Below, piece after piece: positions 18,764 to 28,339 of a stretch of 64,000 nt of DNA. The stretch comes from a bacterium (GTDB taxonomy: Bacteria > Actinomycetota > Coriobacteriia > Coriobacteriales > Eggerthellaceae): contig CAVDXU010000003.1 in the NCBI GenBank assembly GCA_963613135.1, forward strand, positions 65,450 through 129,449, written 5' to 3'. The stretch's first letter is position 1. Each line of letters opens with the position of its first letter. A model generated the notes under the pieces. The model worked only from the letters and a program-made list of their open reading frames with translations, searched no databases and was not told the origin of the DNA. The position numbers and the translations under genes are program-made.

Positions 18764-21358
18764 CTACTTCGCCTGATCGTCCTTGGGCTTGGGAGCCGGA
18801 CGGAAGATCTGGAAGAGCATGGCTGCTGCGATGACGACGGCCAGGATGGTGAACGGACCGAACTCAACCTCGCCGATGGCAAGACCGTAGAACTGGTAGA
18901 TCATCGTGCCGACACACCAGGCGAAGGCGCACATGTAGCCGATGGTGATCCAGAACCACTTCGCAGAGTTCTGCTGCTGGCGAATGGTGCCCATCGCGGC
19001 AAAGCACGGGGCGCACAGCAGGTTGAACGCGCAGAAGGAAACGATGGCTGCGGTGTTGCCCTCGAACATCTGGGCAAAGCCGTACCACAGCTGGGCATCG
19101 CCCTCGCCGTAGCTGGAGAGCTGGGTGATGATGCCGACGGTGGCCACGACGTTCTCCTTGGCAACCAGGCCGGTGACGGTCGTTGCGGCCGCCTGCCAGT
19201 TATCGAAGCCCAGCGGTGCGAAGATCCAGGACAGCGCCGTGCCCAAGCCGGCCATCAGGCTGTAGTCGATGTAGCCCTCGACCTCGGTATCGAGCAAGCC
19301 GAAGCCATCGCCCATGTCGCCGAAGTTCATGAGGAACCAGATGACGATGGTGGACAGGAAGATGATGGTGCCGGCCTTGATGATGTAACCCTTCACGCGC
19401 TCCCACACGGACTGCAGGATGGAGCGGATGGTGGGCATATGGTACTCGGGCAGCTCCATGACGAACGGGGTTGCCTCGCCGGCGAACAGCTTCGTCTTCT
19501 TCAGCATGATGCCGGACAGGATGATGGCGATGACGCCCAGGAAGTAGAACAGCGGGGCGACGTACCAGGTGGCATCGGAGTTGGCGCCGGCGACGGCACC
19601 GAACACGAGCGCGATGATCGGCATCTTCGCGCCGCAAGGGATCATCGTGGTGGTCATGATGGTCATGCGACGATCCATCTCGTTCTCGATGGTCTTGGTG
19701 GCCATGACGGCGGGCACGCCGCAACCGGAGGCCACGAGCATCGGGATGAACGATTTGCCGGACAGGCCGAACTTGCGGAAGATGCGGTCCATGATGAACG
19801 CGACGCGCGACATGTAACCGCACAGCTCCAGGATGCCGAGCAGCAGGAACAGGATGACCATCTGCGGGATGAAGCCGATAACGGCGCCGACGCCGGCAAC
19901 GATGCCGTCATTGACCAGCGACTGCAGCCACGGGGCAACGTTGGCGCTCTCCATGCCGTCAGCGATGATCTTGCCCAAGCCGGGGATCCACAATCCCCAA
20001 GAGCCGTCGGAAGCGTCGGGTTCTTCGACCTCGAGGGCTTTCTTGTAGTCGGAGAAGGTGATGGCGCGTTCTTCGACCTCGCCGTTTTCGCCCTCGTCCT
20101 CAACGGTAGCCACGGCACGCTGAGATTCGGCTTGCTTCTCGAAGTCGGTGACGACTTCCTGAGCCTCTTCGTAAGCTTCGCGCTCCTCCTTGTAGGTTGC
20201 CTTCGCATCCTCGTCGGCATCAGCATCGGGCTTCTCGGGTTCCCCGACCGCTAGAGCATCGATGACCTCCTGCGATTTCTCGCTGGGAAGACCGGTCTCC
20301 TTGTCCTCGCCGAGAAGGTTCGTGACATAGGCCTGGACATCGCTCTGAGCGGCCTCGTATTGCTCGGTCGCCTCGTCGAACGCGGCGCGATTGGTGTAAA
20401 GGAAGCCGTCGCCGGAAATGCCGTCGTTGGCCCAGTCGGTCACCACACCCGTGCCCACGCTGATGGCGAGCCAGTACACGAAGAACATGATGACGATGAA
20501 GATCGGCAGGCCCAGCCAGCGGTTGGTGACCACGCGGTCGATCTTCTGGGAGGTGGTCAGGCCCTGGCGGTTGCGCTTAACCGTCTCGTCGACGACGTGG
20601 CTGATGGCGTCGTAGCGCTCGGCGGTGATGATGGATTCCGCATCGTCATCGAGCTGGTTCTCCAAATCCTCGCGAACGGCCGCGATGGCCTTGAGGTCGG
20701 CATCGGAAAGCTTCAGGTCGCCCTTGGTCTTCTCCTCGTCCTCGAACAGCTTGATGGCGTACCAGCGGGCAGAGGCCTGCGGGACCTTCGAGCCGAGCAC
20801 GTCGGCGATCTTCGAGAGGCCGTCCTCGACGGCGGCGTCGAATTGCAGCTGCGTGGCGGGAGCCTGCTTGGCCTTCGCGAGCTCGATGGCCTTGGCGACC
20901 ACATCGGACATGCCGCGGCCCTTGAGCGCAGAGGTGGGGATGATCGGGCAGCCGAGGCGTTCGGACAGGCCATCGACGTCGATCTTGTCGCCGTTGCGCT
21001 CGACGAGGTCCATCATGTTCAGCGCGATGACGACCGGTACGCCCAGGTTCAGGATCTGGCTGGTCAGATACAAGTTGCGCTCGAGGTTGGTAGCGTCGAT
21101 CAGGTTGATGACGGCGTCAGGGCCGCCGTCAAGCAGGTAATCGCGCGCGCAGATTTCCTCGGGGGAATACGGGGAAAGCGAGTAGATGCCCGGAAGGTCC
21201 GTGATGGTCACGTCCTTGTCGCGGGTGTACTTGCCCTCCTTCTTTTCAACGGTAACGCCCGGCCAGTTGCCAACGTATTGGTTGGCACCGGTCAGCTCGT
21301 TGAACATCGTTGTCTTGCCGCAATTCGGGTTGCCGGCAAGAGCAATGCAAATGCCCAT
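18764..21358 (-). CDS. feoB: Ferrous iron transport protein B
   Basis: GNPNCGKTT, VGNWPGVTVE, DLPGIYSL, NMMD G-domain; GCGVPA, PFVMELP, PCFAA membrane motifs. Confidence 0.97.
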   Translation of the reverse strand: MGICIALAGNPNCGKTTMFNELTGANQYVGNWPGVTVEKKEGKYTRDKDVTITDLPGIYSLSPYSPEEICARDYLLDGGPDAVINLIDATNLERNLYLTSQILNLGVPVVIALNMMDLVERNGDKIDVDGLSERLGCPIIPTSALKGRGMSDVVAKAIELAKAKQAPATQLQFDAAVEDGLSKIADVLGSKVPQASARWYAIKLFEDEEKTKGDLKLSDADLKAIAAVREDLENQLDDDAESIITAERYDAISHVVDETVKRNRQGLTTSQKIDRVVTNRWLGLPIFIVIMFFVYWLAISVGTGVVTDWANDGISGDGFLYTNRAAFDEATEQYEAAQSDVQAYVTNLLGEDKETGLPSEKSQEVIDALAVGEPEKPDADADEDAKATYKEEREAYEEAQEVVTDFEKQAESQRAVATVEDEGENGEVEERAITFSDYKKALEVEEPDASDGSWGLWIPGLGKIIADGMESANVAPWLQSLVNDGIVAGVGAVIGFIPQMVILFLLLGILELCGYMSRVAFIMDRIFRKFGLSGKSFIPMLVASGCGVPAVMATKTIENEMDRRMTIMTTTMIPCGAKMPIIALVFGAVAGANSDATWYVAPLFYFLGVIAIILSGIMLKKTKLFAGEATPFVMELPEYHMPTIRSILQSVWERVKGYIIKAGTIIFLSTIVIWFLMNFGDMGDGFGLLDTEVEGYIDYSLMAGLGTALSWIFAPLGFDNWQAAATTVTGLVAKENVVATVGIITQLSSYGEGDAQLWYGFAQMFEGNTAAIVSFCAFNLLCAPCFAAMGTIRQQQNSAKWFWITIGYMCAFAWCVGTMIYQFYGLAIGEVEFGPFTILAVVIAAAMLFQIFRPAPKPKDDQAK

Positions 21359-21533
21359 GTTCGACCTTTCATTGAATCGTTCGGCACTTCGGGGATCCCT
21401 TGACTCCGATCCGGGAAATATCGTTTGTTACCCCAGGTGAAGTGCTCATTCGAGTTAGAAATTGGTAACTCGACCTCGAAAAAAACGGCGCCTTGGCGCC
21501 TAATCCTCGTGAACTGATACGCGCGGGCGCACG

Positions 21534-21770
21534 TTATTCGTTCACGAGGATGCTCTCGGCCTCGCTCTTGCGCAGCGACAGCTCATAGCCGCGAACCGTG
21601 ACCTCGATGGGGTCGCCCAAAGGCGCGACCTTGCGGACGAACACTTCGGTACCCTTCGTGATGCCCATGTCCATGATGTGGCGCTTAAGGGCACCGCCGC
21701 CCGTCAAACGACGCACCGTGGCGGTTTCGCCGATCTTGACGTCACGAAGCGTTTTCTGATCTTCAGCCAT
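21534..21770 (-). CDS. feoA: Ferrous iron transport protein A
   Basis: MDMGITKG..VRKVAPLGDPIEV.VRGYELSLRKSEA. Confidence 0.95.
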   Translation of the reverse strand: MAEDQKTLRDVKIGETATVRRLTGGGALKRHIMDMGITKGTEVFVRKVAPLGDPIEVTVRGYELSLRKSEAESILVNE

Positions 21771-21883
21771 CAAGCATCCTCCTCTCTCTTCTCCTACGTC
21801 TTCTGCTACCGTTATACTTCATCGGGGACGAGCCCCGATACGAACGGCCTGCGCACAGCGCGGCCGATATCGCCGATAAACGT

Positions 21884-22171
21884 CTAGGCGGTGGTGATGA
21901 TGTGGGATGCGGCAGCGCGGCCGATGGCCACTTGAGCGCCTTTAACCTCGACGATCAAGTCGCCGGCGATGCCGGAAACAACCTTGATGTCGGCGCCCTC
22001 GACGAACCCGAGGTTCTCGAGATGGTGCTGCAAATCCTGCTTTCCGCGAACCTTCACAACCTTGGCCGCCTCGCCCTCCTTCAGAAAAGAAAGGGGCATC
22101 TGCTGAACGGAGACGCCGGACGCCGATGCTGCGGCGGGCGTACCCGCGGTTGCTGCCATTGCGTTACTCAT
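21884..22171 (-). CDS. feoA: FeoA domain protein (first copy)
   Basis: MPLSFL..GE..HHLENLGFVEG..LIVEVKG..VAI. Confidence 0.9.
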   Translation of the reverse strand: MSNAMAATAGTPAAASASGVSVQQMPLSFLKEGEAAKVVKVRGKQDLQHHLENLGFVEGADIKVVSGIAGDLIVEVKGAQVAIGRAAASHIITTA

Positions 22172-22303
22172 GATGAGACTCCTGTCTGCACGTCATCCAT
22201 TGCGAAATCCATTACGGATATGCCTTTCGGCGATCTCCCGAACCCCCCTTGATTACCTCGGCTGCAGCGTCCCAAAGGGCCCGCCAACGCCTTCCATCAA
22301 TGA

Positions 22304-22347
22304 GTTAGCCTCGTTCAACGAACCGATATTAGCGTAGGCAAACCTTT
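22304..22347 (-). promoter_or_regulatory. DtxR/IdeR-type operator(s) at feo promoter
   Basis: TTAGCGTAGGCAAACCTTT (22329-22347) matches TTAGGTTAGGCTAACCTAA at 14/19; second half-site GTTAG-N7-CAAC at 22304-22319. Confidence 0.7.
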
Positions 22348-22581
22348 TTTGGAAGCCGTAGTCAACTTTTCTTTGTTGCGTAAAGGTAATTTTGCTGTTT
22401 CCTCACACAAACTTCACTGATTTAGCCCCACGCGAGGTGGAAAGGTAACAATTGAGACCCTGCCTCCACGGAACTTGGACGCAGGCGCGACGTTGCGGCC
22501 TTCCGATGGGCTCTCGGCAGAGTGTGCGGAAAGCGAGGGGGACGGAAAGCGGGAGGGGCGTCAAGCGAGGGGCGAAACAGT

Positions 22582-22633
22582 GCCCGCAAAGGGGCAAACG
22601 GGAGGCGCGGCAGCGCCCGCAAAGGGGCAAACG
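22582..22633. repeat. 19-bp direct repeat x2 within a G-tract-rich intergenic stretch
   Basis: GCCCGCAAAGGGGCAAACG at 22582-22600 and 22615-22633. Confidence 0.8.
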
Positions 22634-22749
22634 CCCGATTTGCGGCGCCGCGACACTTTCGGTGAAGAACCTGCGATCCAACTTCCAACTGTGCATTTAC
22701 GGGGATACTATTAGCGCAGTGAATAATTCATATGCATCTTGGAGGAAGC

Positions 22750-24315
22750 ATGGGCGCAACGAAAGCCAACCGATACATCGACACGCGCGGAGCATGTGCT
22801 GAGCCGGTCGACTTCACCGAAGCCGTTATCAAAGGTCTCGCATCGGGCGGCGGGCTATACGTCCCCGAAGCCATTCCCTCGCTTTCGCTTGAGCAGATCT
22901 GCGAACTTGCAAAGCTAAGCTATGCCGAGCGAGCATCCTTTATTTACAAGGCTTTCGACATCGACCTTCCGGATGAGACGATCGACCACCTCATGGCCGA
23001 AACCTATGGGAGCAACTTCGACGATGAGCGCATCTGCCCTATAACCTCCCTTGACGACAACACGCACGTGCTCGAGCTGTGGCACGGCCCCACCAGCGCG
23101 TTCAAGGACATGGCCTTGCAATGCCTGCCGCGTTTCTTCTCCGCGTCGGCAACCCAACTGCGCCAGCTCGGCAAACTCGATCACGACTTCCTTATTCTCG
23201 TCGCGACCTCCGGAGACACGGGCAAGGCGGCACTCGAGGGCTTCAAGAATCAAGAGCACGTCGCTATTTCGGTCATGTATCCCGACGGCGGCGTAAGCGA
23301 TATCCAGTACCGCCAGATGGCCACGCAGCGCGGCGGCAACGTGAACGTCTGGGGCGTGCGCGGGAATTTCGACGACTGCCAAACCGGGGCTAAGAACGTC
23401 TTCGGCGACGAGGCGTTTGCCGCCGAGCTGCTTGAGCAGCACGGGGTTGCGCTTTCGAGCGCGAACTCGATCAACTGGGGTCGCTTGCTCCCCCAGGTCG
23501 TTTACTACGTTTCTTCTTACGCGCAGCTTGTCGCGGACGGCAAGCTTGCCGCGGGCGCGCCGATCGACGTGTGCGTTCCGACGGGCAACTTCGGCAACAT
23601 CCTTGCCGCCTATTACGCTAAGCGCATGGGAACGCCCATCGACATGCTTTTCTGTGCAAGCAACGAAAACCGCGTGCTGACCGACTTCATCAACACCGGA
23701 ACGTACGACATCTCCGACCGCCCCTTCGTGCTGACCCCCTCCCCTTCCATGGACATTCTGGTCAGCTCGAACCTTGAGCGTCAGCTCTTCGAGCTCACCG
23801 GGCGCGACGCGCAGGCCATCTCCCGATGGATGGCCGATCTGAAGCAGCAGCGCCGCTTCCGCGTCGACGAGCAGACCTTCGCCCGCGTGCGCGAGCAGTT
23901 GCGTGCCGATTCGGTCGCTAACGACGAATGCCTGCGCACCATCAAGGAAGTGCTCGACGAGCACGATTACCTGATGGACCCGCACACGGCGGTTGCCTAC
24001 CGAGTCGCTCAAAATCTCCGCGGCGAAAACCCGGTGCTTATCGCAAGCACCGCGCATTGGGCGAAATTCGGCAACAACGTGTACCGTGCGCTGCACGAAA
24101 TGCAGCCCAGCCAGGATCTCCCTGCCGAGGTTGCCGCGCTTTCAGGGTGCGATCTGAACAAACTCGTAGCGCGCGAGTCCGGTCACGACGACATTCCGCA
24201 GGGTCTCGCCGAGCTCGATTCGCTGCCCATCCGCTTCACCGACGTGATCAACGGCACCACCCAGGACATCGAAACCGCTACGGCGCAATTCCTGGCAAGC
24301 CGTGCAAATAAGTAA
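22750..24315 (+). CDS. thrC: Threonine synthase
   Basis: LELWHGPTSAFKDMAL, ATSGDTGKAAL, SANSINWGRL, VPTGNFGN, DPHTAVA; SD GGAGG. Confidence 0.95.
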   Translation: MGATKANRYIDTRGACAEPVDFTEAVIKGLASGGGLYVPEAIPSLSLEQICELAKLSYAERASFIYKAFDIDLPDETIDHLMAETYGSNFDDERICPITSLDDNTHVLELWHGPTSAFKDMALQCLPRFFSASATQLRQLGKLDHDFLILVATSGDTGKAALEGFKNQEHVAISVMYPDGGVSDIQYRQMATQRGGNVNVWGVRGNFDDCQTGAKNVFGDEAFAAELLEQHGVALSSANSINWGRLLPQVVYYVSSYAQLVADGKLAAGAPIDVCVPTGNFGNILAAYYAKRMGTPIDMLFCASNENRVLTDFINTGTYDISDRPFVLTPSPSMDILVSSNLERQLFELTGRDAQAISRWMADLKQQRRFRVDEQTFARVREQLRADSVANDECLRTIKEVLDEHDYLMDPHTAVAYRVAQNLRGENPVLIASTAHWAKFGNNVYRALHEMQPSQDLPAEVAALSGCDLNKLVARESGHDDIPQGLAELDSLPIRFTDVINGTTQDIETATAQFLASRANK

Positions 24316-24351
24316 CGACGGGGAACCGTCAACCGGGGGAAGGAATCACTC

Positions 24352-24705
24352 ATGAGCAAACTGGATAACCTCCAACCTACGATCCGCCTTTCGATCGTTA
24401 ACCCGAGCACGGAAAGCTCGTCGGTGTTCGGGCGGGGCATAGCGAGCCTTTGCATAGGCGTGAGGGAAACCGGATCGCTCAACGCCGCCGCGAAAAGCAT
24501 GCGCATGGCCTACAGCAAGGCATGGCGCATCATCAAAGAGACCGAGGCGGCTCTTGGCGTTCAGCTGCTCAACCGCGACGGTGCGCACGGCAGCACGCTC
24601 ACCGAGGAATGCGAGCAAATCCTCGAGGCCTACCAGACCATTGAAAAGAACTTGCAGCAGCAGGCGGTCGCTTTGTACAACGAAGAAGTGGCAAACGCGA
24701 AATAG
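24352..24705 (+). CDS. ModE N-terminal-like winged-helix regulator (no TOBE domain)
   Basis: FGRG..L..V.ETGSLNAAAKSMRMAYSKAW..I...E..LG..LL.R.G..GS.LT. Confidence 0.85.
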   Translation: MSKLDNLQPTIRLSIVNPSTESSSVFGRGIASLCIGVRETGSLNAAAKSMRMAYSKAWRIIKETEAALGVQLLNRDGAHGSTLTEECEQILEAYQTIEKNLQQQAVALYNEEVANAK

Positions 24706-24743
24706 CCCAACCGCAACGTCGGCGCAATGGTTATCCCGAGCTT

Positions 24744-27269
24744 TTAGGACACCTCGATTCCTTCATAGCGAGCCGGGCGCCATGCACGATAGAGCGTCGT
24801 GTCCGCCGTGATGCGCAGCGACGAGGTCGGCGCTGTCTTTGCGTCTGCGTCAACATAAGCTCCTGAAACCGCCTTGGCTTCTCGCGCTTGCCCATGCGCC
24901 GAGTACCACAGCGAGCTTAAGGACGGCGCGGATACTCTGCTTGACCAAGGCACGAACCACGCCTCGCCAAGCAAGGAGGCGACATCGACCGCTCGCGTTA
25001 GTGCATTATCGCTGAATAGGGAGTGATTTGCGACCAGCTCGACCGTATCGCTCGTAAGCCGGTATTCAACGCGTGCCATGTTCCTTCCATAAAGGTTCAT
25101 CGATGTATCGAAAACAACCGTATTATCCTGAAATGGTTGAGTGCACGACGCATCGGTGAACCAGCATTCGAATTTCGAGCACTTTGGCTTTTTGCCTGCC
25201 GTGAAAGCCGCATCGTTCACCGTGTACGGCTTTCCGCGCTCCGCTTTATCCTGATAACACGGCTTCGCCTCCCCGTCAACAAAATAGCTGATGACGGCCT
25301 TACTACTTGCAATGCGAACGGGCTTCGAGAATGCCGCGCCACGATACGGGATCGACCCATGCACCGTCTTAGCCCGTGCGATGCAAGCGATATATTTGCC
25401 CTCGTGCGCAGATGAGGTTTGAAAATACTGAAGATTCGAGCCCTCGATGTAGCTGTCGATGTGTCTGAGGATTATCCGTATCCCGGAAAACTTGGTTCTC
25501 GGAGTTCCCGCCGTAGCCCCATCGCGAAACCACTCGCTCCAGCCGGATCCGTCGACATACACGCTATAACGCAACGAGAAATGCTCCTTCAGGCCGCCCG
25601 TCAGCTTCATCCAGACGCTCTCGTAGCCACCCACCCCGAATGCGCTTGTGATGATTTCCCCTGTCAAAGTGGTTCCTTCGATGCTCAGCTCCAAATTATC
25701 GATCCTCGCACCCAGGCCCATAACTCCTATAAGACCCGCAGCAGGCTGCCAGGACAGCCAATCACCGCCGTAAAGGTGAGCGCGACCGACGATCTCCGGC
25801 GCCTCGGAGAGCCAGGTCCCCTGTTCATCCGAGATAATCCAATCGTATTCGTGCATGATTCCGGAACCGGCAAGCCCATATCCGGAAAGTTTCGCATTCG
25901 GCCGCACGCGAGAAGTCCACTGAGCAGCAGACAGCAGCGTGCCGGCCTCAACGTCATCGGTTCCGCCAGAGGGCTCAAGATCCAGCGGGCTGCCATCGAT
26001 CGAACCGAAGCGAGCGTCCGATAAAAGCCATTTATGCGAATCGTTCGACCATTCCCCTGCAGGATACCCGTTTGAATGGAACTGCACGAGCGTGCCGGAA
26101 GCGCTTTCCCCCGACACGCGATCGAGCGCCATCCCCGAACAGTCCGCGAACAGCCATTGGGAGCTTCCGTCATCATGAACCCATAGCGACTGATTCCTGC
26201 TTTGCGCGACCGTATGCCAAAGTTGCGCCGCGCAGGGATAGGTGCACGGGCCACCACCCGCCTGATCAAGGGAGAGGGAGTCGTTGCCTAGGTGGACGGG
26301 GATAAAACGCAGCGTTCCCTTGACCGGATCATCGGTGTTTACCTGCGCTATCCACTGCTGGCTCGTCACGCATTCTTTTGTCGCGATAGCGCATTGCACG
26401 TCGGAGACGGCCTGCGCACCCGGCACAGCCAGACTCATATTCGGCCATGATAGCGGCGATACGTTCAGGACGCGATTACCCCAAGCAAGGTTACTTGAAA
26501 TCATGATCCTGTCAGCCTGTTGCTCCACCCATTGCGTGGTGTAGTTGATCGGGGGGTCGTCCCTGCGTGCGTAATACCAGTTCTTACCGTAATAGTAATA
26601 GTTCCAAAAACTTGATTTCAATCGAAACGAATGGGGCACGCATCGATCCTCGCGCCGAACCCAAACGCTGTAATCCGAACCAGGATAGCTACGATAGTCC
26701 GTCCAAACATGGGCACCATCTTTATGCAGCCCTTCTCCGACCTCGTTGTCTATGACCACAACATGGCTACCCTCGACAGCGCCCTCGCCTGGCAACCCAT
26801 CCACCCGATGCAAAAGCGTGTAGCAAGTGTCGTCGCCCGAAGTGGGATGCCAAAGATTGTAATCGGCATTGAGACCGTTATAGCTCCCACAAGCTATTTC
26901 GAGCTTCCCGGTGATGTGATGATACAACTCGGTGCAAAAATCGCACCGCATGGTGATCTTCGCCGCGGTGCGAATAAACTGCCTGGCTGAAATATCCCAT
27001 TCAACCCAAGGCGTCTTCGCGCATACCCATCGATCGGTGTACATAACGCCCCCAAGGCTTGCACCCCCGCCGGCTTCGAGCACGCCGATGCCGCTCCATA
27101 GCTTTGCGTCGTAATGCGATCCGTTACCGCGAAATATCAGCGCATTATCCCACCAGGGCTCATCGCCGAAAGCCAAACGTGGACGCCACAGCAAAAGGCC
27201 GCATGCAACACCCAAGCCAACCGCGAATGCGCGACGCGTCATCGCCCGTCCGGATCCATTCCCACCCAT
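24744..27269 (-). CDS. Tat-signal secreted multidomain protein (ricin-type lectin-like and ChW-like segments)
   Basis: TRRAF twin-arginine signal; QxW-like repeats; YSVYVDGSGWSEWFRDGATAGT segment; last gene of tad locus. Confidence 0.7.
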   Translation of the reverse strand: MGGNGSGRAMTRRAFAVGLGVACGLLLWRPRLAFGDEPWWDNALIFRGNGSHYDAKLWSGIGVLEAGGGASLGGVMYTDRWVCAKTPWVEWDISARQFIRTAAKITMRCDFCTELYHHITGKLEIACGSYNGLNADYNLWHPTSGDDTCYTLLHRVDGLPGEGAVEGSHVVVIDNEVGEGLHKDGAHVWTDYRSYPGSDYSVWVRREDRCVPHSFRLKSSFWNYYYYGKNWYYARRDDPPINYTTQWVEQQADRIMISSNLAWGNRVLNVSPLSWPNMSLAVPGAQAVSDVQCAIATKECVTSQQWIAQVNTDDPVKGTLRFIPVHLGNDSLSLDQAGGGPCTYPCAAQLWHTVAQSRNQSLWVHDDGSSQWLFADCSGMALDRVSGESASGTLVQFHSNGYPAGEWSNDSHKWLLSDARFGSIDGSPLDLEPSGGTDDVEAGTLLSAAQWTSRVRPNAKLSGYGLAGSGIMHEYDWIISDEQGTWLSEAPEIVGRAHLYGGDWLSWQPAAGLIGVMGLGARIDNLELSIEGTTLTGEIITSAFGVGGYESVWMKLTGGLKEHFSLRYSVYVDGSGWSEWFRDGATAGTPRTKFSGIRIILRHIDSYIEGSNLQYFQTSSAHEGKYIACIARAKTVHGSIPYRGAAFSKPVRIASSKAVISYFVDGEAKPCYQDKAERGKPYTVNDAAFTAGKKPKCSKFECWFTDASCTQPFQDNTVVFDTSMNLYGRNMARVEYRLTSDTVELVANHSLFSDNALTRAVDVASLLGEAWFVPWSSRVSAPSLSSLWYSAHGQAREAKAVSGAYVDADAKTAPTSSLRITADTTLYRAWRPARYEGIEVS

Positions 27270-27332
27270 ACTTATCCCTTCCCTAGCCGCAAGACCCCCG
27301 TCGGCAGCCCGACAGGAACCTTGCGCCTTTCA

Positions 27333-28259
27333 CTACATCGAGGTCTGCAGAAAATTCAGCAGCCGAACCACCGTAGGCACCAGCACTAAAACCGTCGTCG
27401 GAGGCAGGAAGCACACGGACAAAATCACATCGAGCTTCGTCGGCATCTTGCGTATCTCCTCGAGCGCCGCAGCTTGAGCGCATTCACGCGCCAGCGACGA
27501 CTGGGCGGCAAGCCCCTCGGTAATGGACGATCCTTGGTTTATCGCCTGCAGAAGCTGCGCCACGAACGCCGAAACCTCTTGACTTTCGCAACGGTCGGCA
27601 AGATGACGAAGCGCCTTCTCCCGCGATATGCCCAACATGTTCACCTCGCGATCTACCAGCATAAATTCCTCCGAAAGAGGTCCTTCTAAACTGGAGGCCA
27701 CCTCCTTGAAGCACTGCTCGACAGGGGATCCGGCGGCAAGAGCGACGCCGAGCAAGTCCATCGCATCGGGTAGCGTTGCCTCGATCAGCGCCCGGCGCTC
27801 CTTCCTTTTAATATCAAGGAAGACATCGGATAAAAACCAGCCACCTGCAGCGCCCATCACAGCAATGGCGATGCCAAGCGGCGCGGACGCCCCCGCGACG
27901 AACAAGCCGAACCAGATCAAGGTTGCCGGTGCTGCGGCCGCAAGCAGCCGCAGCACGCGCCATGATTCCGGAGAGATGGACATGCCCGCAAGGCGCAAAC
28001 GCTCCCGTGTGCTCTGCATATCGGCCATGGTGGCGGGCGAGAAAGACTCGAGGGCCCCCGATATGCGCGCGATCATCGTATGCAGAGCGCTTTTCGCATA
28101 CCCCTTCGACGGACGGACGGCCTCTTCCTTTTGAGAACCTATCGCATCGAATGCTGCAGCCCTCTCCTTTGCCCCGCTCCATGTGCCAAGTGCCTCGTAC
28201 ACCGCAAGACCAGCCGCTATTGCCAATAACGAGAATCCTATGACGACGAACGATCCCAT
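27333..28259 (-). CDS. tadC: Tad pilus platform protein TadC (T2SSF family), set 2
   Basis: LPDAMDLL.V...AG, L.EEF, A...G..I...L, K.PTKL..FLPP. Confidence 0.88.
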   Translation of the reverse strand: MGSFVVIGFSLLAIAAGLAVYEALGTWSGAKERAAAFDAIGSQKEEAVRPSKGYAKSALHTMIARISGALESFSPATMADMQSTRERLRLAGMSISPESWRVLRLLAAAAPATLIWFGLFVAGASAPLGIAIAVMGAAGGWFLSDVFLDIKRKERRALIEATLPDAMDLLGVALAAGSPVEQCFKEVASSLEGPLSEEFMLVDREVNMLGISREKALRHLADRCESQEVSAFVAQLLQAINQGSSITEGLAAQSSLARECAQAAALEEIRKMPTKLDVILSVCFLPPTTVLVLVPTVVRLLNFLQTSM

Positions 28260-28339
28260 ATTCCCAGCCCTTCCTTATCCCTAGCCTCAAGCCATCCGCT
28301 CCGAATCAGTTCAACCTCAAAGTCCCTTCGACAGCCCTC

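Noticed and set aside
22582..22633. Possible mini-CRISPR
   Set aside because: Only two 19-bp copies with a 14-nt spacer; no cas genes in the window
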